Source: Malacoraja senta (Eukaryota). From it: DNA of 64,000 bases. The notes below the pieces were generated by a model, which was not told the DNA's origin, did no database searches, and saw only the letters and a program-made list of their open reading frames with translations. Position numbers and translations under genes: made by a program. Position 1 is the first letter of the stretch. Each line of letters opens with the position of its first letter. Positions 38,945 to 50,871 of this stretch are shown piece by piece. The stretch is from NCBI GenBank assembly GCA_038087875.1, contig CM075996.1, forward strand, positions 2,544,001 through 2,608,000. Direction: 5' to 3'.

Positions 38945-39950
38945 TCCTCACCTTTCACCCCACCAGCCCGTCACATACAACAAGTGATCCTCCGTCAGTT
39001 TCGCCACCTCCGACGTGACCCCACCACTCGCCACATCTTCCCATCTCCCCCCTTGTCTGCCTTCCGCAAAGACCGCTCCCTCCGTAACTCCCTTGTCAAT
39101 TCTTCCCTTCCCTCCCATACCACCCCCTCCCCTGGTACTTTCCCTTGCAACCGCAAGAGATGCAACACTTGACTTGCCATTTGCAGCCTGTACGTCTTTG
39201 GAGTGTGGCAGGAAAGTGAAGATCTCGGAGGAAACCCACGGGGAGAACGTACAGACAAGTACCCCGTAGTCAGGATCAAACCCGGGTCTCTGGCGCCGTA
39301 AGGCAATAGCTACGCCACCATCTTGAGGTTCCCAACCGCAAGAGATGCAACACTTGTCCCTTCCACCTCCCCCCTCCACTCCATTCAAGGACCCAAGCAG
39401 TCGTTCCAGGTGCGACAGAGGTTCACCTGCATCTCCTCCAACCTCATCTATTGCATCCGCTGCTCTAGATGCCAGCTGATCTACATCGGTGAGACCAAGC
39501 GGAGGCTTGGCGATCGTTTCGCCGAACACCTCCGGTCGGTCCGCAATAACCAACCTGAACTCCGGTGGCTCAGCACTTCAACTCCCCCTCCCATTCCGTA
39601 TCTGACCTCTCTGTCCTGGGTCTCCTCCATGGCCACAGCGAGCAACACCGTAAATTGGAGGAAATGCACCTCATATTCCGCTTGGGCAGTCTACATCCTG
39701 GGGGCTTGAACATTGAATTCTCCAATTCTGCTAGCCCTTGCTGTCCCCTCCCCATTCATCAGCCCTCTGGTTGTCTCCTCCCCTCCCCCAGCCCTCGGGC
39801 TCCTCCTCCGCCTTTTTCCTTTTTTCCTTTCTTCTCCCCACCCCCTATCAGTCTGAAGAAGGGTTTCGGCCCGAAACGTTGCCTATTTCCTTTGCTCCAT
39901 AGATGCTGCTGCACCCGCTGAGTTTCTCCAGCATTTTTGTGTACCTTCCA
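38945..39950 (+). mobile_element. Penelope-like element 3' part (GIY-YIG endonuclease plus terminal repeat), interrupted at 39169-39332
   Basis: FTCISSNLIYCIRCSRCQLIYIGETKRRLGDRFAEH...QHFN...GLN, followed by the ctgaagaaggg...cgaaacg terminal motif. Confidence 0.9.
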
Positions 39951-40912
39951 CTTAGATGCTGCCTGACCTGCTGAGTTATTCCAGCATTCTGTGCTGCATT
40001 CTGTGTTGAGGGGTCCTGCTGGCTTTTCCCACTTAGGCATCAGAGGTACTATGAGTTCATGCCCTGATTCCATCATCTTGATTTAATATCTGTCAGCTCG
40101 TGCAGCAGGATGTGACCCAACTGAATGGTAAGTTGGATAAAAAAAGAAGGAATATGTATGATTTTCCAAAGACTGGTTAGGTTTAGTTTGGAGATATAGC
40201 GTGGAAGCAGGCCCTTCGGCCCACTGAGTCCGCACCGACCAGCGATCACTACCCTACACACACGGGGGACAATTTTTTAACATTTATACCAAGCCAATTA
40301 ACCTACAAAGAAGGACAAAGGATATTTATTAGCACATGCACCAATTGGTGTAGTGAAATTTGACTTGCCATTTGCAGCCTGTACGTCTTTGGAGTGTGGC
40401 AGGAAAGTGAAGATCTCGGAGGAAACCCACGGGGAGAACGTACAGACAAGTACCCCGTAGTCAGGATCAAACCCGGGTCTCTGGCGCCGTAAGGCAATAG
40501 CTACGCCACCATGCCGCCCGTTCTGAATGGTTGGGCTAAATAGTTGTGAGAATGGGTTTCTCAGTTCGGTTGGCCACCTTAATAACATTTACTTTGGAGG
40601 GCAGGACTAACCTCCAGCAGCTTTGCGGTAAAGAAACCTTACTTCCTGCCACAGGATAGCAATTACTGTTGGAATTGCTGAGACAAAATACGCTTTTGTT
40701 TCATTCAGCAGGGAGGAGCCCGTGGTGATGGGAGATTTTATCCCCATTTCCCAAAAATTCACTTAGTCATGCTGTTTTTGAAACATTTTTGGATTGTGGG
40801 CATTTCTGACGAGGTCAGCATTTTTGTCTATTTTTAGAGTCATCGAGTCATACAGCCCAACCTTCCCACCCTTTGGCCCAACTTGCCCACACTGGCCAAC
40901 ATGTCCCATCTA

Positions 40913-41352
40913 CAGAATGGAGCAGCTGGGCTTGTACACTCTGGAGTTTAGAAAGATGAGAGGGAATCTCACCGAAACATATAAGATTGTTAAGGGCTTG
41001 GACTCCCTAGAGGCAGGAAACATGTTCCCCATGTTTGGGGGAGTCCAGAACCAGGGGCCACACAGTTTAAGAATAAGGAGTAAGCCATTTAGAACGGAGA
41101 CGAGGAAACACTTTTTCTCGCAGAGAGTGTTGAGTCTGTGGAATTCTCTGCCTCAGAGGGCGGTGGAGGCAGGTTTTCTGGATGCTTTTCAAGAGAGAGC
41201 TAGATAGGGCTCTTAAAAATGCAGAGTCAGGGGATATGGGGAGAAGGCAGGAATGGGTACTGATTGGGGATGATCAGCCATGACCACATTGAATGGCGGT
41301 GCTGGCTCGAAGGGCCAAATGGCCTACTCCTGCACCTATTGCCTATTGTCTA
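40913..41352 (+). mobile_element. CR1 3' fragment
   Basis: MEQLGLYTLEFRKMRGNL... plus 3' UTR. Confidence 0.88.
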
Positions 41353-42076
41353 CTTGAGTCCCATCTGCGCCTGCATTTGGCCCATATCCCTCTAAACCTG
41401 CCCTATCCATGTGCCTGTCTAAATGCTTCTTAAACATTGCCTCAACTACCTCCTCCGGCAGTTCGTTCCGTACACCCACCCACCACCCTTTGTATGAAAG
41501 AGTTACCCCTCAAGTTTCTTTTGAATCTTCCCTCCACCCCCCCCCCCACCTTAAACCTTTGGTCTTAAACTTGTTTAAGAAGGAACTGCAGATGCTGGAA
41601 AATCGAAGGTAGACAAAAATGCTGGAGAATCTCAGCGGGTGAGGCAGCAGCTATGGAGCGAAGGAAATAGGCAACGTTTCGGGTCGAAACCTTTCTTCAG
41701 ACCCTTAAACTTGTGGTCACCTTAAATTAATGTTTTAATGTTTTATGTTTTATTCTCAATTATCTACTGTATGTCGTGTTGTTACTTGCGAGCGGAGCAC
41801 CAAGGCAAATTTCTTGTATGTGAACATACTTGGCCAATAAACTTTTTCATTCATTCACGAATTAGTTCACCTAGATCTTCTATCGGTATCTCACACCTTT
41901 TTATCTCACACCTCCAGTCTTTCCATCTGTGGACTTTGTTTTATTTGGGAGTATTTTTATTGGGAGACACTGAGCTAGAATTCCTTTTTAAACCTTCCAG
42001 ACCGACCAATACACAAAGCTTCAACTTTTGAAACGTACATTTTAAAAATGACTGAAATAGCTTTCTGTTGTTGCAG

Positions 42077-42185
42077 CTTGACAACTTGGATCTCATCAAG
42101 GCTCTGATTGTCTTTGGTGCTGACGTGAAATCCCCCAATGACTTTGGAGAGACGCCTGGTTTAATCGCTGCACGGCACAGTAAAG
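42077..42185 (+). CDS. PLA2G6: PLA2G6 exon 8
   Basis: ttgcag| ... |gtggga, 109 nt. Manual translation [36 protein letters not shown] (absent from the ORF track). Confidence 0.95.
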
Positions 42186-44117
42186 GTGGGAATGTCCATT
42201 GTGTAGGAAGAATTGTGCAGATGCTGGTTTAAACCGAAGAGCGACACAAAATGCTGGAGTAACTCGGCGGGACAGGCAGCATCTCTGGAGAGAAGCGATG
42301 GGTAACGTTTCGGGTCGAGACCCTTCTTCAGTCTGAGCCCTGTCTCAGTCTGAAGATGCGTCTCGACCAGAAATGTCACCCATTCCCACGATCCAGAGAT
42401 GCTACCTGTCCCGCTGAGTTACTCCAGCATTTAATGTCCATCTTTGGGAATATCCATTCAATGTCAAGGCTTACCTGGGGAAGAAAAAGTGGTATCAGCG
42501 AATGTAAAGCATTGCGTCATTGAATATAAAGGCACGTGTTAATTGAAGGTAAAAGGACATGTATATTTGGTTTAAAGTCACATATTTAATGAATGTAAAG
42601 ACGTATGATCATTGAATCATTACTCGACTGTTTAAAGACTTTGATGAAACATTGTTCCTCTCCAAACTGATAGATCTGAAAATAACACCGAACAGGGACC
42701 TAAGACAATATAAACCTAACAAAGAGGTGAAGGCGGGAACGGGGTACTGATTTTGGATGATCAGCCATGATCATATGGAATGGCGGTGCCGGCTCGAAGG
42801 GCTGAATGGCCTACTCCTGCACCTATTGTCTATGTTTCTGTCTTAACTCGCAGTTTCCACATAAAAGAAGTACAGAATTCACTTCTTCAGCAAACATTGT
42901 TAATAGCCTTGGTATTAATGTTGGTACGCTGCTTTCCAGCTTCAGGAATAAACATTGGAGCCTCTTTTGGAACATATGTGTATCGTCCCAGTTATTCCCA
43001 GCTTTTTCCAATCCCCATCACCTGTCCATGTAATCAGCGGATTTTTTATTTGTTGGGATACAGCGAGTGAAGCCGGCTCCTTTGCCCAGCGAGTCCGTGC
43101 CGACCAGCGATCGCCCCGTACACTAGCACTATCCGACGCACCAGGGACAATGTACAATTTACAGAAGGCAATTAACCAACAAACCGGGAACAAAGGAGGA
43201 CCTGGCGTGGGGGGACTGCCGTGGGGGCGATGGGGGGGGAGAATACAAAGATGAACCTGGCGCAGAATGCTTTGTGACTTTGTTGGTGCCCTTTATGTGG
43301 CGACTATTGGTATACCTTGGGTATGCAAGCAAAGAATTTCACTGTGACAATGAAGCATTCATTCATTCAAACCTGTATGTGCAGGTTTGTGGATTAATTG
43401 GCTTCTGTAAATTGTCCCTGGTGTGTGTAGGATAGTGCTAGTGTACGGGGTGATCGCTGGTCGGCGCGGACTCGGTGGGCCGAAAGGCCTGTTTCCACGG
43501 TCTATCTCTAAAGTCTAAAGAGTGGATTCCTAGGCCACTCCTCCTGTACTTATAGCGCATGTTTGTTCTAAACAAATCTAGTGCATGTGCATGAATGGCC
43601 CATTCTGATTGATACCAAAGTTGTAAATGTTTCACAGGCAGCGAATGTAGTGAGAATGTAGAACGTGTCCTAATGTACATTAAATTGATCCAACAAATCT
43701 GCTCAAAGATTCAGGCAGCATCTTTAGAAAAACGTGGATAGGTGACGTTTTTGGACAGGAGCCTTTCTTCCAACAGCCTGCAATTGCCCAGGTATCAGTA
43801 TGAAGAAGGATCCTTAACCCGAAAACACAAAACGCATGTCTGTCCGATTTGCAATAAATGATTATCTCAAACTGAATCGGTTTAGCCTTTATAGTTTTTA
43901 CATGTATTGGTCAGCACGCAACAAAAAGCTTTTCACCTCGGTACCTCGGTACATGTGACAATAAACTGAACTGAACTATGTAGTGCATAAAGATGCATTA
44001 ATAACAAATAACCTTTAACAGTTCAACCTGTGTTTTATGTGTTTTATTTTTGGATTGGATTAATGATAATGCCTTGTGTATTACTTGCCTGGTACTAACT
44101 GTTTGATGCCCTCAAAG

Positions 44118-44252
44118 GCAATAACCGGAAGGTGATGCTGAACCTACTGTATAGTATAGGTGTTGAATGCTGTTACCCGCCTTCTGATTCCCCCACCTCG
44201 CCATCTAGACAGCCAGCAAGACCAGCCCCTGTGAGAGGCTACACTGGATTAG
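44118..44252 (+). CDS. PLA2G6: PLA2G6 exon 9 (proline-rich, phase-symmetric)
   Basis: ctcaaag| ... |gtaacc, 135 nt, phase 1-1. NNRKVMLNLLYSIGVECCYPPSDSPTSPSRQPARPAP (cf. human RKAILTLLRTVGAEYCFPP). Confidence 0.88.
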
Positions 44253-44303
44253 GTAACCCCGGCTATTGACTTCGTTCTGTTGCGACTTTCCTATTTGTCT
44301 TTA

Positions 44304-44700
44304 GGGCCTGTCCCACTTACGCAATTTCTTTTCGGCGACCTGTCGGCACCGTCACAGTCGCAGCAGGTCGCCGAAAAATGTTGAAAATCCAGCGCCGACC
44401 GGAAAAAGGGTACGACTCTTTGGGTGACTACTCACGGCCGAAAATTTTCAAAATGTTTTAAAATCCAGCGGCAACCAGAAGAAGGTACGACTCTTTGGGC
44501 GACTACTCACGACCATACAGGCGTCACGTGCCGACATTTCGCGGGGTGACGCCTGTATGGCCGTGAGTGGTCGCCCAAAGAGTCATACCTTTTTCTGGTC
44601 GCCGTTGGATTTTCAACATGTTGAACATTTTCACCGACCTGCTGCGACCATGACGTGTGCCGGCAGGTCGCCGAAAAAATGGCGTAAGTGGGACAGGCCC
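44304..44700. mobile_element. Palindromic MITE (TIR GGGCCTGTCCCACTTACG), probably PIF/Harbinger-like
   Basis: Perfect terminal inverted repeats with TTA on both flanks (44301-44303, 44701-44703). Confidence 0.85.
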
Positions 44701-47003
44701 TTACACCTGAATCTCTCCTGCTTTGCGGTGGTGGAGCCAGGGGAAGGGTTGTGAGAGGCGCAAAATCTTGCCCTTTCTGCAATGCTTTCCTATCCAGCCG
44801 AAAAAAAATTCACAGAACCAGATCCTCTGCAACTTTGTCTTTCCACTTTCTCGTTCCCAAGTCTGCTTTTAATTTGTTTTAGAATCGCTTTGATGTTTAT
44901 TTAAAAAAAGTCAGATAGAATACATATGGAAGGTAAACCTCAAGTCAATGCAGCATTGGTGGTGAAAGGGGCTATCAGGAGGTGAAGATCGGGCGGCACG
45001 ATGGCGCAGCGGTAGAGTTGCTGCCTTACAGCGCCAGAGACCCGGGTTCCATCCTGACTACGGGTGCTTGTCTGTATGGAGTTCATAAGATAAGATTCGT
45101 CGATAAGATTCGTGATTAGTACAGGTGTCAGGGGTTACGGGGAGAAAGCAGGAGAATGGGGTTCAGAGTGGAAACATCCTTTCCACATCCATTTTTGGTC
45201 CTTAAACCAAACCAGAAGAAAGTGCATGGAGAGGTCTGGCCGTGACCTGTGTGGGTTTTCTCCGGTTTCCTCACATACTCCAAAGACATACAGGGTTTGT
45301 AGGTTAATTGGCTTGGTATAATTGTAAATTGTCCCTCGTGTGTGTAGGGTAGTGCAAGTGTACGGGGATCGCTGGCCGGCGCGGACTAGGTGGGCCGAAG
45401 GGCCCGTTTCCGCGCTGTATCTCTAAACTAAACTATAAGGCATGGCTCTAACGTGAGTGGGTGATGTGCGAGGTAAGTTTTTGTCTTTGCACAGAGAGTG
45501 GTAGGGGGGCAGTTTGGTAGTAGATGTTGAGTAGATCTACTACCCTTTGTCCGCCTGCCCTTAAACACAAATAGAACAGCTGTCACAGGCACTGCAAAGT
45601 CATCGTTTATGAAACCATCTGTTTTACCAAGTGCCGGATGCCAGTATGGTTTCCACATATTTGTCTGAAATGCCAGCTACAATTGGCATGTTCTGCATTG
45701 TCCTCTTAGTCAAGGGTGGAGCACAGCTACGCACAAACAAAATGCCTTCACTATTACACCAAGATAATTGTCCTGGAGAAACATCAAATGACAGGGAACT
45801 ATTTGTTTTAGCCAGACCTCTCCATGCGCTTTCTTCTGGCTTGGTTTATGGGCCAAAGATGGATGTGGAAAGGATGTGGTTCTGGACTCCCCCAACATTG
45901 GGAACATTTTTCCTGCATCTAGCTTGTCCAGCCCTTTTATAATTTTATACGTTTCTATAAGATTCCCACTCACCCTTCTAAATTCCAGTGAATACAAGCC
46001 CACTCTTTCCAATATTTCCTCATATGACAGTCCCGCCATCCCGGGGATTATCCTTGTAAACCTACGCTGCACTGCCTCAGTAGCCAATAGACACAAAGTG
46101 CTGGAATAACTCGTGCTAGTGTAGGGGGTGATCGCAGATCTTCCGGTCTCGGGCCGAAGGGCCTGTTTCCAAGCTGACTCCAAAGTCTAGAATAAACTGG
46201 TGATAGTATCTTAATAAACTTGGCTTGTTGAGTGCCAGCCATGTTGTGTGGGGTGGAGTTGCATTAACATGTTACCTGCAATGACTTATTTTTCCCCCCA
46301 AGAGTCATTTGTGAACTTGAGCCATTACAGTATGAAAGGAAGCCATTCAATCCATTGAGTCTGTGTTAACTCTGCAAATGCAGCCTGCTCATTTCTGTTC
46401 TGTAGTTTGTCTTTTCTGACTGTCTTCATGCTCACTGGAGATGGACACAAAATGCTGGAGTAGCCCAGTGCGCCAGGCAGCATGTCTGGAGAATAGGAAC
46501 AGGTGGCGTTTCGGGTCTGATGAAGGGTCTCGACCCGAAACGTCACCTATTTTTGCTCGGTGATGCTGCCTGACCCGCTGCGTTACTCCAGCATTTTGTA
46601 TCTATCTTCGGTGTAAGCCGGCGTCTGCAGTTCCTTCTTACACATTTCACGCTCACTGGGATATGTTCTCAGTTTTCCAAATTTCCAATTCCAATTCCAA
46701 TTCAGGAACTGGAGATTGAAGGAATTGCAGATGCTGGAATCTTCCGCAGAGCACAAAGTGCTGGAGTAACTCGGCAAGTTGGCCCACTGAGTTATCCCAG
46801 CACTCTGTGTTCTACATTCAGATTGGAACTTGTTTTCATTTGGTCTCTCAACTACTAACCCAATAACAAACTTCTCTCTGGTTCTCTTTCCTGCTAATCA
46901 AATAACACAATTCTAAAACTGGAAAGTGGTGAAGGAGTTTTTTCCCCCCCAGTGAACAAGGTGAAGGAGCCGAATGGAACTAAAGAGTACTTTCTGCTTT
47001 CAG

Positions 47004-47094
47004 GATATGATGACGTTGTAGGGATTGCCACTGTGCTTGGGTCTTTAACCAAGGGCTTGGACTTTCCAGATGCTGTTGGCGACAGACATCGAAG
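47004..47094 (+). CDS. PLA2G6: PLA2G6 exon 10 (linker)
   Basis: ctttcag| ... |gtgaga, 91 nt. Phase 1->2 is what is needed to join exons 9 and 11. YDDVVGIATVLGSLTKGLDFPDAVGDRHR; low similarity to human. Confidence 0.8.
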
Positions 47095-47520
47095 GTGAGA
47101 AAGCAAAACATGCGTCGAATCAAACCCCACTGTTATAGAGTCATAGAGTCATAGAGTGATGCAGAAACAGGCCCTTCGGCCCAACTTGCCCACACCAACC
47201 AACATGCCCCAGCTACACTAGTCCCACCTGCCCGCGTTTGGCCCATATCCCTCCAAACCTGTCCTATCCAGGGACCTGTCTATCTGTTTCTTAAACGTTC
47301 CGGTAGTACCTGCCTCAACTACCTCCTCTGGCAGCTCGTTCCATACACCCGCCACCTACATGGATAGGACAGGTTTGGAGGGATATGGGCCAAACGCGGG
47401 CAGGTGGGACTAGCGTAGTTGGGACATGTTGGCCGGTGTGGGCAGGTTGGGCCGAAAGAAAGCATATAAAGTGTGATAACAAAGAACTGCAGATGCCGGC
47501 TTTATATGCCTAATAAATGC

Positions 47521-47914
47521 ACAGAGTGCTGGAGTAACTCAGCGGGACAGGCAGCATCTGTGGAGAACATGGATAGGTGACGTTTCACAGAGTGCTGGAG
47601 TAACTCAGCGGGACAGGCAGCATCTGTGGAGAACATGGATAGGTGACGTTTCACCGAGTGCTGGAGTAACTCAGCGGGTCAGGCAGCATCTGTGGAGAAC
47701 ATGGATAGGTGACGTTTCACAGAGTGCTGGAGTAACTCAGCGGGTCAGGCAGCATCTGTGGAGAACATGGATAGGTGACGTTTCACAGAGTGCTGGAGTA
47801 ACTCAGCGGGTCAGGCAGCATCTGTGGAGAACATGGACGGGACGTTTCACAGAGTGCTGGAGTAACTCAGCGGGTCAGGCAGCATCTGTGGAGAACATGG
47901 ACAGGGGACGTTTC
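47521..47914. repeat. Tandem array, 6 x ~66 bp, of Penelope-terminus sequence
   Basis: Units start at 47521, 47587, 47653, 47719, 47785 and 47849; each ends in gacgtttc. Confidence 0.95.
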
Positions 47915-48936
47915 AAGTCAGAACCTTTTTTTCAGTTTTTTTTTTGCATTTTCCCAAGGAAGGTGAATGGATTTCAAACTGGGCGGGGTGGGGGTTGTTG
48001 GAGCTGGAGCGATGGGGGTGATGGGGACACTGTATCACTCTGTGACTCTATAACTTTATGGCCCATTGTGTTGTAAAAGAAAACATTTACCCCTCAGGTT
48101 GGGATAGTCCCAGCCGCAACTACCTCCTCTGGCAGCTTGATCCATACACCCACCACCCTTTGTGTATAAAAAGTTACCCCTCAGATTCCTATTAAATCTT
48201 CTCCCCCTCACCTTAAACCTATGTCTTCTGATTCTCGATTACCCTACTCTGGGCAAAAGACTCCGGGCAAAAGACCCGATCTCCTCTCGTGATTAATGCT
48301 GATAAGTGATGCTTAATCAGCATGTCGGACACAAAGAGTAACTCAGCGGGTCAGGCAGCATCTCTGGAGAACATGGATAGGTGACGTCTCGGGTCGAGTC
48401 GGAAGAAAGGTCTCGACCCGAAACGTCACCTAACAATGTTCTCTCGAGATGTTGCTCACTTATTCCAACACATTGTGACCTATTTCAGTTTAGTTTAGTT
48501 TAGTTTAGAGATACAGTGCGGAAACAGGCCCTTCGGCCCACCGAGTCCACACCGACCAGCGCTCCCCGCGCACTAACACTATCCTACACACAAACACTAG
48601 GGACAATTTACATTTACACCAAGCCCATTATCCTACAAACCTGTACGTCTTTGGAGTGTGCGAGGAAACCGATGATCTCGGAGAAAACCCACGCAGGTCA
48701 CGGGGAGAACATGCAAACTCCGTACAGACAGCACCCGCAGTCAGGATCGAACCTGGTATTCTGGTGCTGGCTCGAAGGGCCGAATGGTCTACTCCTGCAC
48801 CTATTGTCTACTGTCTATAACCCGGGTCTCTGGCTCTGTGAGGCAGCAACTCTACCGCTGCATTGCCGTGCCTTGTGTAAACCAGCATCTGCTGTTCCTG
48901 GCTTCTACACTTAGTGGGGATTGTGTTTATTTCCAG

Positions 48937-49100
48937 ATACGATCGCTTGCTGTGCCTGGACGGAGGTGGGATCCGAGGTCTGGTCCTGATTCAGCTGCTG
49001 ATCGCCATTGAGCAGATGGCGGGGCAGCCCATTCGCGAGCTCTTCGACTGGGTATCAGGCACCAGCACTGGGGGGATTCTGGCTCTCGCTATTGTACACG
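48937..49100 (+). CDS. PLA2G6: PLA2G6 exon 11 (patatin domain; Gly loop and catalytic Ser)
   Basis: ttccag| ... |gtgagt, 164 nt. [11 protein letters not shown] and GTSTG motifs. Confidence 0.97.
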
Positions 49101-50252
49101 GTGAGTGACCTGTGGAACCCTGGCAGGGACAATTTCACAACTCACCGAAGCCAATTAACCGTCAAACCTGCACGTCTTTGGAGTGGGGGAGGAAACCGGG
49201 GCACCCGGAGAAAACCCACGCAGGTCACGGGGAGAATGTGCAAACTCCACACAGACAGCACCCGTAGTCTGGCTCGAACCTGGGTCTCTGGCGCTGTGAG
49301 GCAGCAACTCTACCGCTACGCCACCCGCACTCATAGTACATAGTCTGTGGAATTCTCTGCCTCTGAGGGCGGTGGAGGCAGGTTCTCTGGATGCTTTCAA
49401 GAGAGAGCTAGAATTTAGAATGCCATTTATTGTCATTTAACACCAAGGTTCAACGAAATTTCGTTCCTGCAGTCATAACAGCAAAAAAACAAACCACACA
49501 ATTAACACAATTCCACACAAACATCCATCACAGTGAATCTCCAAACACCTCCTCACTGTGATGGAAGGCAAAAGTCTTATTTCTTCCCTGTTCTCTGTTC
49601 TTTATTCTAGATAGGGCTCTTAAAAATAGCGGAGTCAGGGGATATGGGGAGAAGGCAGGAACGGGGTACTGATTGGGGATGATCAGCCATGATCACATTG
49701 AATGGCGGTGCTGGCTCGAAGGGCCAAATGGCCTACTCCTGCACCTATTGTCTATTGTCTCCTCATTAAAAAGAAGAGTCAGTTTAAGTTGTATTCACGC
49801 TGTCTATTTCCTAATCCTTTAGGCTTTATTTTGATTTTTTAATTTAAATAAATACTAATAATAAATGCAGTGTCAGCAGATTCCTAGCTTTAGGTTTAAG
49901 CTTATTATTATCAAGACGCTTCTTCAGACTGAGAGTCGGGGAGAGGGAGACACAGAGATGTGAAAATGAGACATCAAAAGAGATCTTCTTATTATCGAGT
50001 CCACACACAAGATTAGAAGTTGTTCAGCCAGAGCTGAACACAGTTCTCAGCATCTGCATACAATGGTGTCTGTCTTGTCGCTTCTTGTGCCTGGTGGTGG
50101 AAAGATTGGTGGAAACAAGGCCGCGACGTGAACGCCCTTTCCTTGACCCCATCAAAAGAGATGAGGTTCAAGGAAACTGTAAGCTAAACTAAGATTGCTT
50201 GCTGTTGTGATGTGGCTTTCATCGTGGAATAAACCTTTCCTCCCTCTTGTAG

Positions 50253-50403
50253 GAAAATCCATGCAATATTTGCGCTGTCTTTACTTCCGTATGAAAGACA
50301 AGGTCTTTAAAGGATCCAGACCATTCTCGTCCGTTCCACTCGAGGAGTTTTTAAAGAAGGAATTTGGGGAAAATACCAGGATGACGGATGTGTTAAAACC
50401 CAA
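50253..50403 (+). CDS. PLA2G6: PLA2G6 exon 12
   Basis: ttgtag| ... |gtaagt, 151 nt. [24 protein letters not shown]...[11 protein letters not shown]. Confidence 0.96.
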
Positions 50404-50636
50404 GTAAGTTAATAGATTTCTCTGTTGAGACGGTAAATAACCCTTGCTCTCTCTTTGTGGAAAAAGTGAACCGCAGATGCTGGTTTACGCTGAAGGACAC
50501 AGAGTGCTGGAGTAACTCAACGGGTCAGGCAGCTTCTCTGGAGAACATGGATAGGTGACGTTTCGGGGTCAGGATCCTGAAGAAGGACCCTCACTCTTCC
50601 ATTTCTCCAGAGATGCTGCCTAACCCGCTGAGTTAA

Positions 50637-50871
50637 TGGCCTGTCCCACTTGCACGACCTAATTCACGACATCTGCCGAGTTTGCCCTTGACTCGTACTC
50701 ACAGCATGCTCGTCACGAGGTCGTAGGAGGTCATAGGTAGGTCGTAGCAGGCCGTGATGCTAGTCGTAGGTACTCGTGGCATCAAGTAGGTCGGTGCGTT
50801 TTTTCAACATGATAAAAATTGTCCACGAGTAAAAAAGGTCGTGAATTAGGTCGTGAAAGTGGGACGGGCCC
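50637..50871. mobile_element. Related MITE with the same TIR tips and a different interior
   Basis: ggcctgtcccactt..cacgacctaattcacgac ... gtcgtgaattaggtcgtg..aagtgggacgggcc, flanked by ttaa. Confidence 0.8.

Noticed and set aside
46950..46965. Possible micro-exon (cag|tgaacaag|gtgaag) before PLA2G6 exon 10
   Set aside because: Only 8 nt, frame-breaking, weak donor and no homology support.
47521..47914. CRISPR-like array
   Set aside because: Units are directly adjacent with no unique spacers, there are no cas genes, and the context is a vertebrate intron.
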